A program made the position numbers and the translations under genes. From Sulfolobus virus STSV1, in sequence record NC_006268.1: a DNA stretch of 32,000 nucleotides, one strand, 5' to 3'. Below are positions 28,952 to 32,000 of the stretch, piece after piece (within the stretch, counting starts at the first letter, position 1; every line of letters begins with the position of its first letter). Below the pieces are notes generated by a model, which was not told the DNA's origin, ran no database searches, and saw only the letters and a program-made list of their open reading frames with translations.

Positions 28952-29269
28952 ATGAGTGGGCACACATTAGAACTCATCCTAAAGCCCATTGATTTTCGAA
29001 AAGCTACAACAAAAGAAGAAAAAGAAGCTATAAAAAAATATGTTAACAGAAATTATAGTATAATAGAAGTTAATAAAAATGGGCAAGAAATAGAAATAAA
29101 AATCGCATATGAGAAACTACCAGATGCTGTTTTAATCAAAGACAGCTTAATAAATGATTGCGTATTAAATTACAAGATTGGTAGACTCGTAATTAAGAGT
29201 ACTGGAATGGCTATTAAACTTGTCCCTGGGAAGCTTGTTGAACGTAAACCAGTCTCTACTTCATTATAG
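28952..29269 (+). CDS. Small protein of unknown function
   Basis: ORF; ATG at 28952 (MSGHTLELILKP) preferred over the TTG at 28937. Confidence 0.7.
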   Translation: MSGHTLELILKPIDFRKATTKEEKEAIKKYVNRNYSIIEVNKNGQEIEIKIAYEKLPDAVLIKDSLINDCVLNYKIGRLVIKSTGMAIKLVPGKLVERKPVSTSL

Positions 29270-29313
29270 AAAGTTTTATAAGTTTGAATGTTCACTAGAT
29301 TTATGAGGGAAAA

Positions 29314-29616
29314 ATGTTGAAGACAATACCCTTCAAAATAGACTACAAAATGCTCTTCTTAGATCTAGATGAAGAAACGAATGACGTGTATGCTTACTTG
29401 ACAGACCCAAACCTAAAGCTGGAAAGGCGTGAAAAATTTAGAGAATTCACGGAATTCAAAAACTTCATTGATGAATTAAGTAGAGACTACATCATAAAGC
29501 CTGTAGCTGGCTATGTCAATCAAAATGGTAATGAGCCTAAACTATCATTTTTGATAGTTGTACTATTTAAAAAGCCTGTAGCTGCTGATGTTCAATATAC
29601 AACAACAGTGAATTAA
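29314..29616 (+). CDS. Small protein of unknown function
   Basis: ORF with its own TATA core (agaaagttttataag at 29268-29282). Confidence 0.75.
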   Translation: MLKTIPFKIDYKMLFLDLDEETNDVYAYLTDPNLKLERREKFREFTEFKNFIDELSRDYIIKPVAGYVNQNGNEPKLSFLIVVLFKKPVAADVQYTTTVN

Positions 29617-29631
29617 CTGGGGGGTTAAAAG

Positions 29632-30387
29632 ATGGCAGAAGAGGCTGAGAAATTAAAACTTCTAGTTGGCCATTTTAAGGATTTGGCATTAGCAAAAGAG
29701 TTCTTAATGCAAGTTACGCCCCAAAAGCTTGGCACGATTAAGTATTCATACACAGTGGCCGTTTCACAAAACACTGGACTAGAGTTCATTCCAACTGAAG
29801 TCAAAATAAATCCAATCATCATAGGAGATGCGCAACGTAGATATGTGAAAAAACTCGTAAAAGAAAAAACAACAGCCCTTTCACAAATCATGCTAACAAT
29901 ACCAAAAAAATTGAACAATCGTACAATTTCCAGCCTTTACACGCGTGCTGAAACTTATGGCGACCTCTTGTTTGGAATGCGTAAATTACTCTGGAAGATG
30001 CAAGATGATATAAGAGAAGCTGGAAAAGAGGCAAACCTCTTACCTAGCTTAAAAGTAATGCAGATACACACGTTAAGACTGCTTTTCAACGTGTGTATGG
30101 AATTTATGCTAAGGAGAGGGAATATAGTTACATTTGAGTATGATAAAGGATCAGTTCTTCTTTATAGATTAGCAGATCAAAATGCTGTTTTGACGTTCGC
30201 CAACTACAGTGAAATAGTATATGCGAATGATCTCGCATTTGACTTCCCATCACAGAAGCTAGTAGAAATAGAGGCACATTTGAGGGCAAGGGAAATGGTT
30301 CCACTCGTTAACACAGTAATGAAATTGCTACATTGGGTATTTGATTTTACTTATGACTATTTGAATGGAAAGAAACATATTTTATAA
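29632..30387 (+). CDS. Protein of unknown function
   Basis: 251 aa ORF; RBS ggggggtt, closely spaced after the preceding gene. Confidence 0.8.
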   Translation: MAEEAEKLKLLVGHFKDLALAKEFLMQVTPQKLGTIKYSYTVAVSQNTGLEFIPTEVKINPIIIGDAQRRYVKKLVKEKTTALSQIMLTIPKKLNNRTISSLYTRAETYGDLLFGMRKLLWKMQDDIREAGKEANLLPSLKVMQIHTLRLLFNVCMEFMLRRGNIVTFEYDKGSVLLYRLADQNAVLTFANYSEIVYANDLAFDFPSQKLVEIEAHLRAREMVPLVNTVMKLLHWVFDFTYDYLNGKKHIL

Positions 30388-30414
30388 GGTTCTTCATTAG
30401 AGAGGGTATCAAAA

Positions 30415-30933
30415 ATGATTTTCAGTGATAGAGATTTAAAATATTACTTGGAAAAGGGATGGATAAAGATTGAGCCGTTAAGAGAAGACACTATTAGGGA
30501 AAATGGGGTAGATTTAAGGATTGGTAACGAGATTGTTAGATTCAAGAAAAATAGGATTTTTGATCCTGACAAAGATTCCATAGATGATTTTATAGAGAAA
30601 GAGGTGGGGAATGAGTTTATAATAAATCCCCATGAGCATGTATTATTAGTTACAGAAGAATATGTAAAATTGCCTAATGATGTAATGGCATTCGTAAATC
30701 TTAGATCAACATTTGCTAGATTAGGTCTTTTCATTCCTCCAACTATCGTAGATGCAGGATTTGAAGGACAATTAACTATAGAGTTAGTAGGATCAGAATT
30801 CCCAATAAAACTAAAATATGGAATGAGATTTATCCACCTAATCTTCGCAAAAACACTAACACCAGTTGAAAAGCCATATAATGGAAAATATCAGAAACAA
30901 AGAGGAGTGACGCCGGCTAAGCTTTTAAGTTGA
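30415..30933 (+). CDS. dcd: dCTP deaminase (Dcd/dUTPase fold)
   Basis: [54 protein letters not shown]. Confidence 0.93.
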   Translation: MIFSDRDLKYYLEKGWIKIEPLREDTIRENGVDLRIGNEIVRFKKNRIFDPDKDSIDDFIEKEVGNEFIINPHEHVLLVTEEYVKLPNDVMAFVNLRSTFARLGLFIPPTIVDAGFEGQLTIELVGSEFPIKLKYGMRFIHLIFAKTLTPVEKPYNGKYQKQRGVTPAKLLS

Positions 30934-30945
30934 CGTTTTTCTACC

Positions 30946-30979
30946 AATTTACAGAATTGTCATGACAATTCTGTAATTT
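30946..30979. promoter_or_regulatory. Long palindrome, candidate operator
   Basis: TTACAGAATTGTCATGACAATTCTGTAA (30949-30976) is a perfect 28 bp palindrome; arms continue with one mismatched pair to 30946/30979. Confidence 0.85.
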
Positions 30980-31065
30980 TGGTGAATTCTAACCTTTTGT
31001 CCATATTTAGATAAATCAAGGTTATGGAGTCTTTTTAACTTATACCTTATGAATAATATTTAGTA

Positions 31066-32000
31066 TGAGTGTTACTCAGCCAACTACACAACAGTTAAAT
31101 GCTTATGCTCAATACACATCTCTCCAGCAACAATTATCTAACTTATTAAATCAACTTCAGCAAATCCCTAACCCTCCAACCCCTCCACAAGTACCAACTG
31201 TAAACACCCCAGTTGCACTAGCTAACTATTACGCTGGCTTAGCAGAATATTATCAAAACTTACAATCCTATTCTCAAGAGTATGGAAAGACAATAACACA
31301 AAACCTACAAACCTTACAACAAGCAATGCAAATAGTCAACCAAATGGAAGGATTATTGAACACGTTAGGGATGACAGATTCTAACTTACAACAAGTTGCA
31401 AACCAAATAAGCCAAAACATAAACTACTACCAGCAATTACAGAATATTACTCAAACAAACTATTCGACATATATTACCTTTTTCAATAACCTAGCAAATG
31501 CATATAGCCAAATAAGCCAGTATCAGCAATTACCACCTCTTCCACAGGCGCCTAGAGGCTCCGTTTCGCTAACTGAGGCATCCCAATACTATTCAAACTT
31601 AGCAAATTGGTTAACACAAAACTCATCTATTGTTCAACAAAACATAAGCGCTTTACAAGGGGCAATACAGGCATTACAAGCAGCTTTAAACAATGTACCC
31701 CCAGGCTATAATGCTTCTCAGTTACAACAACAATTACAACAATGGCAACAAGCTTTAGCACAATTACAAAATTTAGAAAATCTAAACCCACAACAATTAC
31801 AAAATACAGCAACTGCTTATTCATTATGGGCCCAAGGGATTTCAGCACTTAACCAAGGCGATTATCAAGATGCTGTAAATGATTTTAACCAAGCATTACA
31901 AGCTGTTGGTTTAAGTCCACCATCATCACCTACACAAAAAGCTCCTTCTTCACAATGGGCTGCACTATTCTACCTTGATGGATTAGCAAATGCATTATTG
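31066..32000 (+). CDS. Q/N-rich low-complexity protein, probable structural or secreted protein; partial, runs off window
   Basis: ATG at 31066 (MSVTQPTTQQLNAYAQYTSLQQQLSNLLNQLQQ..), open for 311 codons to the window end; absent from the supplied ORF track. Archaeal TATA-like tttttaacttata upstream. Confidence 0.9.

Overview
The 32 kb window appears to be part of an archaeal, probably hyperthermophilic, mobile genome (virus or large plasmid). The evidence is AAA(G)NTTTATAA/TTTAAATA-type promoters, GGTGA ribosome sites, oligo-T gene ends, and all convincing genes lying on the + strand. Four parts are visible. (1) About 1-1.4 kb is an AT-rich, repeat-rich non-coding leader. (2) About 1.4-17.7 kb is an expanded set of small, all-helical paralogous proteins. 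Most sit behind a conserved roughly 100 bp promoter cassette (ATAATACCG boxes plus TATA). The left half is separated by unusual spacers made of TGCCGC / GCAGGCCTGC / TATA-type mini-palindromes. A DUF1156-type adenine DNA methylase and a DUF1286-like membrane protein are embedded in this region. (3) About 17.7-20.6 kb is a nucleotide/DNA-modification block: ThyX, a small helical protein, a TGT/DpdA-like enzyme, and a free-standing ArcS catalytic-core-like protein with an intact PC-x3-KPY-x2-S-x2-H motif. This is the strongest candidate for a new system, possibly archaeosine-type or other 7-deazaguanine DNA modification. (4) About 20.8-27.3 kb is a family of proteins built from 2, 4 or 6 concatenated ribbon-helix-helix-like units, followed by a Wzx-like flippase, small unknown genes, a dCTP deaminase, and a Q/N-rich probable structural ORF that runs off the window. 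A second promoter family and a 28 bp perfect palindrome mark the right half. All homology statements come from recognising motifs by eye; no search was run.
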